In this document: positions 7,762-16,074 of the stretch, in pieces
How the letters are laid out: each line of letters opens with the position of its first letter
Position numbering within the stretch: the first letter of the stretch is position 1
The notes under the pieces: model-generated
What the model was told of the DNA's origin: nothing
Seen by the model: the letters and a program-made list of their open reading frames with translations, nothing else
The model's database searches: none
Program-made: the position numbers and the translations under genes
Assembly (NCBI GenBank): GCA_003022435.1
Contig: PXUA01000019.1
Span: 283,427 to 315,426, forward strand
Origin: Bacteroidetes bacterium SW_9_63_38
GTDB lineage: Bacteria > Bacteroidota > Rhodothermia > Rhodothermales > Salinibacteraceae
DNA: 32,000 nucleotides
Reading direction: 5' to 3'

Positions 7762-8733
7762 CTAGAAGAGATCGTCGCTGCTTACGCTCTGGGTCATCTT
7801 CGAGTAGCTAGTGCTCCGCTTCGAGAAGAAATCGTTGCCCTTCGTCAGCAGGATTTCTTCGTAGAACCAGCGGGTCTCGTCGCGCCGCTCCGGGTCGACC
7901 TCAAAGATCGGGGACACGTCCACATTGCGGAGCGATTCGTTAAACTTGTCGCGCAGGAAGGCATCGACGACCGGGCGCGGGAGAAAGTCCAGGTCGCCGT
8001 CCGCAAAAATCCAGTCGAGCACATTCTGCTCGGCCCGATACGCCCGGCGGCAGGCCGCCTGGACCTCCTGTTCAAAGTCGTCGTCGAACCACGCGGGGTG
8101 CTCCTCGCGGATCACGTCGATCAGCTCCACCCCGAAGAGGCCGTGGATCTGCTCCTCCTTGGAGGTGGCCTCGACGGCGTTGGCGACGCCTTTGAATTTC
8201 TTCTCGTATTTGTCGAACGAGAGCATGATGAGGAACTGGCTGAACAGGCTCACATGCTCGATGAAAATCGAGAACAGCAGGATCGAGAATGCGAAGTCGC
8301 GGTCGGCGCCCTCCTCGGGACCGAGGTAGTCATTCAGGTATTCGATGCGATCGGCAATCGCGGGAATTTGTTCGACGCGTTCAAACTCGTCGTTGAGGCC
8401 CAGCAGGTCGAGGAGATGGGAGTAGGCGTCCATGTGGCGCACCTCCGACTCGGCGAAGGTCATGCCCACAGCCCCGATCTCGGGCTTCGGCATGCGGTGG
8501 TAGAGGTCCGCCCAGAACGTTTTGACGGACACCTCGATCTGGGCGATGGCGAGCATCGTCTTGGTGATGACGCTGCGCTCCATGTCGGTGCAGTTGACGT
8601 GGAAGTCCTGCACGTCGCCCTCGAAGTTGAACTCGTCGTGGACCCAGTAGGAGTGCCGGATGGCGTCCTTGAAGTCCAGCAGGTGCGGGTACTCGTACGG
8701 CTTCAGGTTGATGCGCTCGTCGAAAATGCTCAT
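7762..8733 (-). CDS. nrdB: ribonucleotide reductase beta (R2) subunit
   Basis: Ferritin-like di-metal protein with an ExxH motif and Tyr four residues after the His (ESEVRHMDAYSH). A second EExxH motif is EEQIHG, and the acidic C-terminal tail SSDDLF is typical of R2 binding to R1. The start is ATG at 8733 (MSIFDERINLKPYEYP). The 67-codon upstream extension in the ORF track overlaps the riboswitch expression platform. Confidence 0.93.
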   Translation of the reverse strand: MSIFDERINLKPYEYPHLLDFKDAIRHSYWVHDEFNFEGDVQDFHVNCTDMERSVITKTMLAIAQIEVSVKTFWADLYHRMPKPEIGAVGMTFAESEVRHMDAYSHLLDLLGLNDEFERVEQIPAIADRIEYLNDYLGPEEGADRDFAFSILLFSIFIEHVSLFSQFLIMLSFDKYEKKFKGVANAVEATSKEEQIHGLFGVELIDVIREEHPAWFDDDFEQEVQAACRRAYRAEQNVLDWIFADGDLDFLPRPVVDAFLRDKFNESLRNVDVSPIFEVDPERRDETRWFYEEILLTKGNDFFSKRSTSYSKMTQSVSSDDLF

Positions 8734-8905
8734 GGAAGGAGAGGCTGGGGAAGGCAGATATCGAAGAACCAGTCGGGGGGCATCAGACGACGGAGGGCGG
8801 GGCACGCGAGGCCAAGTGAAGGCCGCTGGGAGAATACCAGCAGGAATAATCCGGTCGGCCACGACGGGCATCGGGACGAAAACGATGGGACATACGGTGC
8901 TCCGG

Positions 8906-8950
8906 AAATAGAAAAGACCTTCGGATGCAATCACGCATCACGAAGGCGGG
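8906..8950 (-). terminator. intrinsic terminator (probable riboswitch expression platform)
   Basis: The - strand RNA reads GCCTTCGTGATGC-gtgatt-GCATCCGAAGG followed by tCTTTTCTATTT. It sits between the B12 aptamer and the nrdB start. Confidence 0.6.
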
Positions 8951-9004
8951 GGAGCACGCGGGACGACGTGAGAAGACCGCTACGACCGTACGAAGGGGCC
9001 GAAG

Positions 9005-9195
9005 GGGTACGCGGTCACCCGACACGATTTCACGTTGCGGACCGCAAACCTCATGACGCGTGAGGTGTCCCCACCGAGGGATCGGAAGGGGACAGGGTCG
9101 CTCTCCGAGCAGGCATTCGGACTGTTACCGTTGCGCGACAGCACCGGAATTCCACCGGACTTTCCCCGAGACGCCGCCCCGATGAGAATCGGGAC
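9005..9195 (-). promoter_or_regulatory. cobalamin (B12) riboswitch aptamer upstream of nrdB-nrdA
   Basis: The - strand reads GGGGAAAGTCCGGTGGAATTCCGGTGCTGTCGCGCAACGGTAACAGT. This matches the conserved core GGGAA..GGTG.AA.TCC..GCTG.C.CGCAACGGTAA. A downstream B12-box-like GTCGGGTGACCGCG maps to + strand 9010-9023. Boundaries are approximate. Confidence 0.8.
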
Positions 9196-9250
9196 GACCG
9201 CCGCGCCACGACAGCGCGGCCCCAGAGAGATCGTTTTATATGTGAGGAAT

Positions 9251-9279
9251 ATGGTAAGCGGTACTCAGGGCAGTGTCAA
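9251..9279 (-). promoter_or_regulatory. candidate sigma70-like promoter for the nrd leader
   Basis: On the - strand, TTGACA (9279-9274) is separated by 17 nt from TACCAT (9256-9251), about 55 nt upstream of the aptamer. The promoter consensus for this lineage is not known to me, so confidence is low. Confidence 0.3.
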
Positions 9280-9402
9280 GGGCAATCGCGTCGGCAGGGG
9301 GAAACGAAGCAGATGGAAGCCCTGACAGATCTGGAGGACACGGAGCTGCAACAGCGCGCTCGAATCGGGAAAACGGGCCCGCCAATACGTACAGAAACGG
9401 GA

Positions 9403-10479
9403 CTACTCGAAGCGCGTGAATCGGACGCGGAGGCGGCGCTTCTGCGACGACGACTTGCGCCACTGGACAAGAATAGGACTCTGGTAGCGGCCCTGCACGA
9501 TGGTGCCCTCGACGTTGGCCTCGTCTTCGGTGACCAGAAGAGAGACCGACCGCTTCATGCGAAGGAAGCGCTCGGCGGGAACCGCCAGACACTTGTCGAT
9601 AATTCGCTCGACGAGCGACTCGCTGAGGCCGAGGGTGTCGACTACCTTGTTGACGAGACGGACGAGGTCGTACTTGGCGTAATTTTTTGCCTTGTCGGGG
9701 ATTGCACCGGGGTCGGAGATCATGTTGCGGCCCTTCCGCGCCATGAAGCGCAGCGGGTCGCGCAACACCTCGGCGAGGTCGTACTTCATAAGCAGGGTTT
9801 CGTACTCGTTGACCGTGAGGCCCGCGTGGTGCTCGTCGGGGGGCAGCTCGATGGTGACGCGGCCCGTGGTGATGCCCCGATCGGCCAACATCTCGTGCAG
9901 TTGGTCGAAGATCCCGAGGCGGGGATCGCGCAGGCTCACCGAGTCAATGCGGTGGTTGGATACCGGGACGACCATTTCTGTTTCCTCCACCGCCCGTTCG
10001 TCGTCGAAGCCGATTATGGTCGTTCGCCGCTCGCGCCGATCCTGGTTGTCCTTATTGATCCCATCGAGATCGACGAAGAAGACCGGCCGGGACGGATCGC
10101 TCGGGTAGGTGACGCAGTTTTCGAGGCCCGACCCGATGAAGGTGAGGTGCGAGTCCGCGTTGCGCGGCTCCGTCTGCCGCTGCTCCGGGCTTAGCTCCCT
10201 GCGCAGGTGCAGCTGATCGTGTTGGTAGCTGGCCCCGAACGGAAACAGCTCCCGAAACGGCGCCAGAAACTCTTGCACTTGATCGGGGTGGCGGTCGAGG
10301 CGATTGCAGATTGTTTCTTCGAGAAAGCCCGCCGTCGTGTGATGCGAGCAGTACAGCGCCCTGGCGTGCGCCTCAAGAAATCCATCAGCTTCCGCCTCGA
10401 CGTGCTCGTTCACGTCGATGACATCAACGCGCCGCTCGGGTTGAAAGTGGACCGTAAGTTGGCTCGGGTCGGAAGCCAT
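9403..10479 (-). CDS. YjbQ/UPF0047-like protein with an internally duplicated domain
   Basis: The N-terminal half has the UPF0047 signature CSHHTTAGFLEE, followed by NADSHLTFIG. The C-terminal half repeats it in degenerate form (DEHHAGLTVNEYE, then GRYQSPILVQW). I preferred the ATG at 10479 over the GTG at 10536. Confidence 0.75.
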   Translation of the reverse strand: MASDPSQLTVHFQPERRVDVIDVNEHVEAEADGFLEAHARALYCSHHTTAGFLEETICNRLDRHPDQVQEFLAPFRELFPFGASYQHDQLHLRRELSPEQRQTEPRNADSHLTFIGSGLENCVTYPSDPSRPVFFVDLDGINKDNQDRRERRTTIIGFDDERAVEETEMVVPVSNHRIDSVSLRDPRLGIFDQLHEMLADRGITTGRVTIELPPDEHHAGLTVNEYETLLMKYDLAEVLRDPLRFMARKGRNMISDPGAIPDKAKNYAKYDLVRLVNKVVDTLGLSESLVERIIDKCLAVPAERFLRMKRSVSLLVTEDEANVEGTIVQGRYQSPILVQWRKSSSQKRRLRVRFTRFE

Positions 10480-10731
10480 AGGAACAGAAAACTGTGACAA
10501 GAAGTCGGCCCATTGGGAGAGCACCGACGACGCCACGATTCAGAACAGAATCGTAGCAGAATGAGACAGGAGAAGACACAAGTAGCTTGTCCAAAACCCG
10601 TCCGGTGTACAAGTGGGCTGTAGGTCAGTTCCTGTTTGGAAGCCCTTCCAAATTGAAGGGTTTGCACTGAAAATGCCAGTGCAGAATGTAATTTCACCGT
10701 GCAGTTCCCTGAAGAGGGAGGAGAGCCGTAC

Positions 10732-11955
10732 TCAATCGGCGTCGGGGACTACCTCGGTGACGCAGTGGCCGTCGTGAAAGCGGAGGCGGAGGCGCTCGCC
10801 CGACGCGAGGGCGTCGACCGATTCGACGGGGTTGCCGTCGTGGGTCGGGTATGCGTAGCCGCGGCGCAGGGGCTGCTCGGGATCGGCAGCCTGGAGGCGA
10901 TCCGCCAACCGTTCGAGGTGCGACCGTGCCGAGTCGGTGAGACGGTTGCCGGTGCGGGTGAGACGGTCGACCATCGCATCGAGGTGTTGCCGGTGGTGCT
11001 CCAGGCGGCGGATCGGGGTGTGAAACGCGCGGGAGGACACGAGCGCGTCCACGCGCTGCCGGGCCGTGTCGATGCGGCCGGAGACGTGCTCCCGAAGGCG
11101 GTCGTGCAACTGGCGGATGTGGGCGGCGACATCGCGTCGATCCGGCACCGCGACCTCGGCGGCCATCGACGGGGTGGCCGCCCGCTCGTCGGCCACAAAG
11201 TCCGCAATTGTCACGTCGGACTCGTGCCCCACAGCGCTCACGACTGGGATGGTCGATCCGGCGACGGCGCGGGCTACAACCTCTTCGTTGAAGGCCCAGA
11301 GATCCTCGGTGGAGCCGCCTCCGCGACCGACGATCATGAGATCCGGGTGTTGGTCGGAGGTGTCGTCGAGGTCGTTGAAGGCCGCGACGGCGTCGGCGAG
11401 GGCCTGCGGCGCATCGAGTCCCTGCACCGGAACGGGACACAGTACCACCTCGGCGGGTGGAAAGCGACGCTTCAACACCGACAAAATGTCCTGCAGGGCG
11501 GCGCCCTCCCCGGACGTCACGATGCCGATGGTCTCGGGAAACGGGGGCAGCGGCTGCTTCCGGTCGGCATCGAACAGACCCTCCGCCTGCAGCTTCTGCT
11601 TGAGTTCCTCGTAGGCCTGCTGCTGAGCCCCCTTGCCGGCCTGCCGCATGGCCTGAGCCATAATTTGAAGGTCGCCCCGCCGCTCGTACACCGACGCGTG
11701 CCCGTTCACGCGCACCTGCATGCCCTCCTCCGGCTCGAAGTACACGTACTGCGTGAGGTGCTTCCACATCACGCACCGGATCTGCGCGTCGTCGTCCTTC
11801 AGGGTAAAGTAGCAGTGTCCGGACGCGGCCCGAGTAAAGTCCGAGAGCTCTCCCTCCACCCATACGTCGTCGTAGGCCTCCTCGACGAGTGCGCTGAGGC
11901 CGCGGGTGAGTTCGGTGACGCTCAGAACGTCGGAATCGGAGGCAGAAGACGGCAT
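10732..11955 (-). CDS. xseA: exodeoxyribonuclease VII large subunit
   Basis: An N-terminal OB fold (LSVTELTRGLSALVEEAYDDVWVEGELSDF, SGHCYFTLKD), the core motif GIVTSGEGAALQDIL, then RGGGSTEDLWAFNEE, PVVSAVGHESDVTIADFVAD, and a C-terminal coiled-coil region. ATG at 11955. Confidence 0.93.
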   Translation of the reverse strand: MPSSASDSDVLSVTELTRGLSALVEEAYDDVWVEGELSDFTRAASGHCYFTLKDDDAQIRCVMWKHLTQYVYFEPEEGMQVRVNGHASVYERRGDLQIMAQAMRQAGKGAQQQAYEELKQKLQAEGLFDADRKQPLPPFPETIGIVTSGEGAALQDILSVLKRRFPPAEVVLCPVPVQGLDAPQALADAVAAFNDLDDTSDQHPDLMIVGRGGGSTEDLWAFNEEVVARAVAGSTIPVVSAVGHESDVTIADFVADERAATPSMAAEVAVPDRRDVAAHIRQLHDRLREHVSGRIDTARQRVDALVSSRAFHTPIRRLEHHRQHLDAMVDRLTRTGNRLTDSARSHLERLADRLQAADPEQPLRRGYAYPTHDGNPVESVDALASGERLRLRFHDGHCVTEVVPDAD

Positions 11956-12506
11956 CGGATGGCAGGACGCACGTAAGAGGAAGGCCGAAAGAGGGCAACA
12001 TTCACCCCCAATGTGAGGAACGAATACAATGGGTCCCGGCGAGATCCTGTTCGGAGGGGGAGGAGAAGCCTCGATTGCATGCCGGCCGACGTCCGGGGAC
12101 GTGGGCGGCGATGTCACCGCTGAGCGTCCCCATTTGTCCGGGGACGCGGGGATGCATGGAGGCCCGTATCGCTGTGCTTCAATCCCCCCTCTTGTCTGCT
12201 GCGAAACGCAGAATGCGACTGCCGTGCAGGGCCCGAAAACGCTTTGGAAACTCAGTGGGCGCATCGCTATGTTTTGTAAATCCATGACGGTAGCACTCCC
12301 CCGAAGAACCGCAACCTGGGTTCAACAAACCCCCTTTTTACGCAGTCGGGGGAGGCGGTCTCCGGTGCCCTCTGTGCAGGAATCCAGTGCACGTCACAAT
12401 CCGACCGAGTGCATGTGTGAGAGGGGCGATCGGATTGTGGACACCCCCCGGAAAAGTGTATCTGCGCAGGTTGTGTAATTTTCCCGTACAGACGAAACGA
12501 CATGAC

Positions 12507-13614
12507 ATGAACAACGCTTCTGAGGGGCCCGACGACCCGCTGCAATTCCTAATGATGCATGGAGGGGTGCGCAACGAACGAGAGTTGCTTCACATTCTCC
12601 ATCGGGCCTTCAAAGACGCATCGGAGGCCATTGTCCTCACAGGCACAGAACTGGATCCTCCTGGTCCCCAAATTCTATGGGTGAACCCCGCCTTTACGGA
12701 GGTGACGGGGTACGAGCCGAGTGAGGTGCTCGGCCAGACGCCTCGTCTTCTTCAGGGGCCCGAGACCGATGAGAGCGAGCTCTGTCGTCTCCGACGGCGT
12801 CTGGACGCGGAGGAGCGATTCGAAGGAGAGACGGTCAACTACCGCAAGGACGGCACGCCGTACACCAACCACTGGAGTATTGCGCCGGTGTACGGGAAGC
12901 GCGGAGGGGTAAAGTACTGGGTATCGGTCCAGCGGGACGTGACGGAGAAGCGGAAGCTGGAAGAGCAGATGGTTCGAACGCTGGATGAGGAGCGCCGTCG
13001 GATTGGAATTTCCCTTCACGATTCCGTGGGGTCGTCGGTGACGACGGCCAGTATGAAGTTCGAAAACTTCATTCATCGCGAATCCCTGGAGTCCTCTCAA
13101 GAAGAGGAACTGGAGGAGATTCGCTCGACAATCAAGGAGGCATACGAGGAACTCCGGCGCATTTCACAGGGGCTGATCCCCGGTGGACCTGTCGGAAGGC
13201 GGGCTATCGGAGGGGCTGCAGCGGCTGGCGTCGATCACGGATCGGTGCCGTTACGACTCCGACATCGATCTCAACGCCCGGCTCTCGTCCGTCGGGGCGG
13301 ACAATTTGCTCAACCTCTACTGGATCGTGTACGAAGCCGTCACGAATGTAGACCGGCACGCTGACGCCGAGAATATTCGCATCCGTGTATACGAGGATGA
13401 GAACGAATGGGGCGAGCCGGTCGTGCACCTGGCTGTAGAGGATGACGGCGTGGGCTTTTCGGTCGAGGAGGCCCACGAGGAATCGTGGGGACTTCGACTC
13501 ATGAGGTACCGTGCGGATCTTCTGGACGCGGAGGTCGCGATCGATTCCGCGCCCGGAGACGGGACGCGGGTGGACTGTTCCCTGTACGTTGAGGACGGAG
13601 GAAACGGATCGTGA
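12507..13614 (+). pseudogene. cytoplasmic PAS / HisKA_3 / HATPase_c sensor histidine kinase, interrupted by a +1 frameshift near 13178-13183
   Basis: Frame 0 encodes the PAS domain (ILWVNPAFTEVTGYEPSEVLGQTPRLLQG) and the H-box (ERRRIGISLHDSVG). That frame stops being kinase-like at QGLIPGGPV. The sequence continues in frame +1 as VDLSEGGLSEGLQRL and then the ATPase domain (YEAVTNVDRHA, VEDDGVGF, GLRLMRYRA). Removing one base from the C4/G2 run at 13178-13183 gives a continuous LIPVDLSEGGL. Confidence 0.8.
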
Positions 13615-13773
13615 GAGGTTGTCGAAAGTGCGGGGCGAACCGGCACACCGCTGGGTCCGCTTCGTACAACGGATTAGTTGCTTTTCCCTGACTCAACCTG
13701 CAGGATCCCTACTGGTCCGCATGCAGGTTGGTAATCCCTCTCTCACTCGGTGGAAACCCATTCACGTATCAGT

Positions 13774-14283
13774 ATGTCCGACCCCATCCGCATTCGGTTC
13801 GTCTGTCTCGGCAACATCTGCCGGAGTCCGCTCGCCAAAGTCGTCTTTCGGGACAAGGTGGAGGCCCACGGGCTCGACGACCACTTCGAGATTCACTCGT
13901 CCGGCACCGGCAACTGGCACGTCGGTGACAAGGCCGACGACCGGATGCGCCGGACGGCGCAGCGTAATGACCTGTCGCTCGAAGCGCACCGGGCGTCGCA
14001 GTTTCAGGCCGAGGACCTGGAGGACTGCGATCATATCTTCGTGATGGATAAGAGCAACCTGAACGACGTGCTCCACCTCGACGAGAACGACGAGTACGGC
14101 GGCAAGGTGCGGCTCTTCCGCGAGTTCGATCCGCAGCCGGACGACTACCAGGTGCCCGACCCGTACCATGGGGGACGTCAGGGCTTCGAGAACGTCTTCG
14201 ACATCGTGGAGCGTACCTCGGAGATGTTGCTGCACCGGCTAATCGAGGAGTATGATCTGGCTGAGCAGGTCGAGGAGGCGTAA
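13774..14283 (+). CDS. low-molecular-weight protein-tyrosine phosphatase family protein
   Basis: P-loop CLGNICRS (CX5R-S) near the N terminus and a DPYHG (DP-Y) motif near the C terminus. ATG at 13774. Confidence 0.9.
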   Translation: MSDPIRIRFVCLGNICRSPLAKVVFRDKVEAHGLDDHFEIHSSGTGNWHVGDKADDRMRRTAQRNDLSLEAHRASQFQAEDLEDCDHIFVMDKSNLNDVLHLDENDEYGGKVRLFREFDPQPDDYQVPDPYHGGRQGFENVFDIVERTSEMLLHRLIEEYDLAEQVEEA

Positions 14284-14390
14284 CCATCCGAGTGTGAGAG
14301 CATAGGGAAAGGAGAGCGCGGGAGGAGAGGAGCGTGCAGATCCCGTTCTCGACCCTCTCGCTGATGCGTGAATGGGTTGCCACCGATCCT

Positions 14391-14655
14391 GGAAATCTCA
14401 GATTTCCTAGATCGAGCCAATCTGAGATTGGCAAAGACGATTGTCGCTGAGAAGCTGTTTGGTGGATTGATGTTCAGCCGAGACACAGTGGGCGACGCCG
14501 CAAAACGTCGCCCAAACGAGCCTTGTATACCGAAAGCTTTCGGTACAGGCGAGTGCAGAAGGCGTTTTGCGCAAGAACCACGAAGTCGCAGGTCACAGAA
14601 CGTCCGCCAAACAGCTTCTGATAGCACAACACGGTCCAGGGAATCTCGGATTCCC
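14391..14655. other. hairpin-dense, lower-GC non-coding element (foldback/MITE-like, or a structured RNA)
   Basis: There are three related palindromes: GGAAATC-tca-GATTTCC (14391-14407), CCAATC-tga-GATTGG (14417-14431) and GGGAATC-tcg-GATTCCC (14639-14655). A long-range inverted repeat pairs GAGAAGCTGTTTGG (14449-14462) with CCAAACAGCTTCTG (14607-14620). An 8-bp-stem hairpin lies at 14489-14512. A perfect 18-bp palindrome, TACCGAAAGCTTTCGGTA, lies at 14527-14544. Confidence 0.5.
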
Positions 14656-14770
14656 AAGATCTTGCCGGACGAGTCCGGCTGATCTCCTCACACGGAGGAT
14701 TTCGTTCCCCTACCCGTGCACGGATCAGTAGATTTGTATACGTCCATTCCCCTCACCGACGCGCGACTGT

Positions 14771-15643
14771 ATGTTGCCGAAGGTGCTTCGTGAGACACTG
14801 GAATCCCGGCTCGACGTTACGATCCACGGAGCCTCGCGGGTGGGGGGCGGCTGCATCGCCAGCGCCTGTCGGCTCGACACCGACGGGGGGACGCTATTTC
14901 TGAAGTACGGGGACGAACGCGTGGCGCGCACCTTTCCCGGCGAAGCGGCCGGGTTGGAGGCGATGCGAGCGGCGGCGAGTCCCCTGATAATTCCCGCGGT
15001 GATTGATCGGGCCTCGCCCGACGGAGACTGCCCGGGGTTTCTGGTGATGGAGTGGATCGAGACTGGGCAGGAGAGCGATTCCTTCTGGGCGGCGTTCGGA
15101 CGGGGACTCGCTCAGATGCACCGATACGCCGAGGCGCAGTACGGCTTCGAGCAGGATAACTTTATCGGTCGCCTGCCGCAGCAGAACGAGTGGATGGAGG
15201 CATGGCCGGCATTTTTTCGTACACAGCGGCTGGAGCCGCAGGTACGGATGGCCCGCGAGCGAAATCGCTGGCAGTCCGACTGGACCGAGGGGCTGGAAGC
15301 CCTCTACCGCCGACTGCCCGACCTGCTTCCAGACACGCCGGAAGCATCCGTGCTACACGGCGACCTCTGGAAAGGAAACTACATGGTGACGGCGGAAGGA
15401 ACGCCCGCTGTCATCGATCCCGCGACGTACTACGGCCACCGGGAGGCCGACCTGGCGATGACCGAGCTCTTCGGCGGTTACAAGGATCGGTTCTATGCTG
15501 CCTACCGAGAGGCGTGGCCGCTGGCGTCCGGATACGAGACGCGAAAAGACGTGTATAACCTCTACCACCTCATCAACCACCTCAATCTCTTCGGGGCAGG
15601 CTATGCCGGTTCCGTCGAGGAGATTCTACGCACCTTCCGGTAG
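14771..15643 (+). CDS. fructosamine/ribulosamine kinase family protein (FN3K-like)
   Basis: Protein-kinase-like fold with HGDLWKGN, PAVIDPATYYGHREADLAMTELFGG and YNLYHLINHLNLFG, all characteristic of the fructosamine kinase family. Confidence 0.9.
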   Translation: MLPKVLRETLESRLDVTIHGASRVGGGCIASACRLDTDGGTLFLKYGDERVARTFPGEAAGLEAMRAAASPLIIPAVIDRASPDGDCPGFLVMEWIETGQESDSFWAAFGRGLAQMHRYAEAQYGFEQDNFIGRLPQQNEWMEAWPAFFRTQRLEPQVRMARERNRWQSDWTEGLEALYRRLPDLLPDTPEASVLHGDLWKGNYMVTAEGTPAVIDPATYYGHREADLAMTELFGGYKDRFYAAYREAWPLASGYETRKDVYNLYHLINHLNLFGAGYAGSVEEILRTFR

Positions 15644-15721
15644 ACCGAGAACGGCGGCAGCGTCCGCCGGTGCGGGACGGACCCGCTTGCGCGCCGAGTA
15701 GAAACAGTGGACAGTAAGAAA

Positions 15722-15747
15722 GCCGATCCGCCGGAGAGCGGATCGGC
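15722..15747 (-). terminator. intrinsic terminator for the 15779-15985 gene (possibly bidirectional)
   Basis: Perfect 10-bp stem GCCGATCCGC-cggaga-GCGGATCGGC. On the - strand it is followed by TTTCTTACT. It lies between convergent genes. Confidence 0.6.
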
Positions 15748-15778
15748 CTGCAAACTTCTCGGAAAGCACCACGGTCGA

Positions 15779-15985
15779 TTAGGCAACGGCCTCGCCCTCT
15801 TCTTCCGGGATCGGTTCCGCCTCGAAGCGAACGCCGCGGTCGCCCGGATACGGCTCGTGGTGATCGTGTTGGTTGCGCCAAATTTCCTCCGGGATGCCTT
15901 CCGGGAAGGCCTCGCACACGGCCTCCTCGCGGTCCCGATCGAGATGGGTGCAGGACTTGCACATCGGTTCAATATCGTGGGCCAT
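15779..15985 (-). CDS. small acidic Cys-containing hypothetical protein (68 aa)
   Basis: CxxC plus a third Cys (CKSCTHLD...[14 protein letters not shown]...[14 protein letters not shown]). The segment looks like a conserved small-protein family, but I cannot name it. Codon usage is typical of the window and a terminator follows. Confidence 0.6.
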   Translation of the reverse strand: MAHDIEPMCKSCTHLDRDREEAVCEAFPEGIPEEIWRNQHDHHEPYPGDRGVRFEAEPIPEEEGEAVA

Positions 15986-16074
15986 GGCTGCAGCGCTCGG
16001 TTTTTTGGTGGGAGCTGTCGCAAAACTTCACATATCATACCTCTGAGCCGACCACGAGGATCCAGAGCGCTGGA

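Noticed and set aside
3838-9063. Long ORFs antisense to, or out of frame with, the SDR, nrdA and nrdB genes (3838-5211 -, 4860-6338 +, 6852-7811 +, 7684-9063 +).
   Set aside because: They overlap strongly supported genes on the opposite strand. Their translations are low-complexity (runs of V/G/A/R/L/D) with no recognisable domains.
9279-9291. Apparent enrichment of the octamer GGCAATCG/CGATTGCC in intergenic DNA (9281-9288, 16689-16696, 28553-28560, 28741-28748, 28899-28906).
   Set aside because: At least one more copy lies inside nrdB coding sequence (about 8355). I cannot compute a proper background expectation by hand, so it may be chance plus the local repeat at 28.5-28.9 kb.
3393-11955. 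xseB (3393-3590) and xseA (10732-11955) lie on the same strand but are separated by about 7 kb, including the intein-bearing RNR operon.
   Set aside because: Unlinked xseA and xseB genes are common in bacteria. There is no evidence that the intervening genes were inserted into a former xseAB operon.
9313-12001. ORFs 9313-10194 +, 10694-12001 - and 10699-11976 +, which overlap the YjbQ-like and xseA genes.
   Set aside because: They are alternative-frame or antisense shadows with extreme Arg/Pro/Gly content. The xseA and YjbQ-like frames carry the family motifs.
14178-14682. ORFs 14368-14682 + (104 aa) and 14178-14657 - (159 aa) in the PTP-FN3K spacer.
   Set aside because: Both are read through stacked palindromes, which generate ORFs on both strands. 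The products are basic and low-complexity, unlike the acidic proteome of the window.
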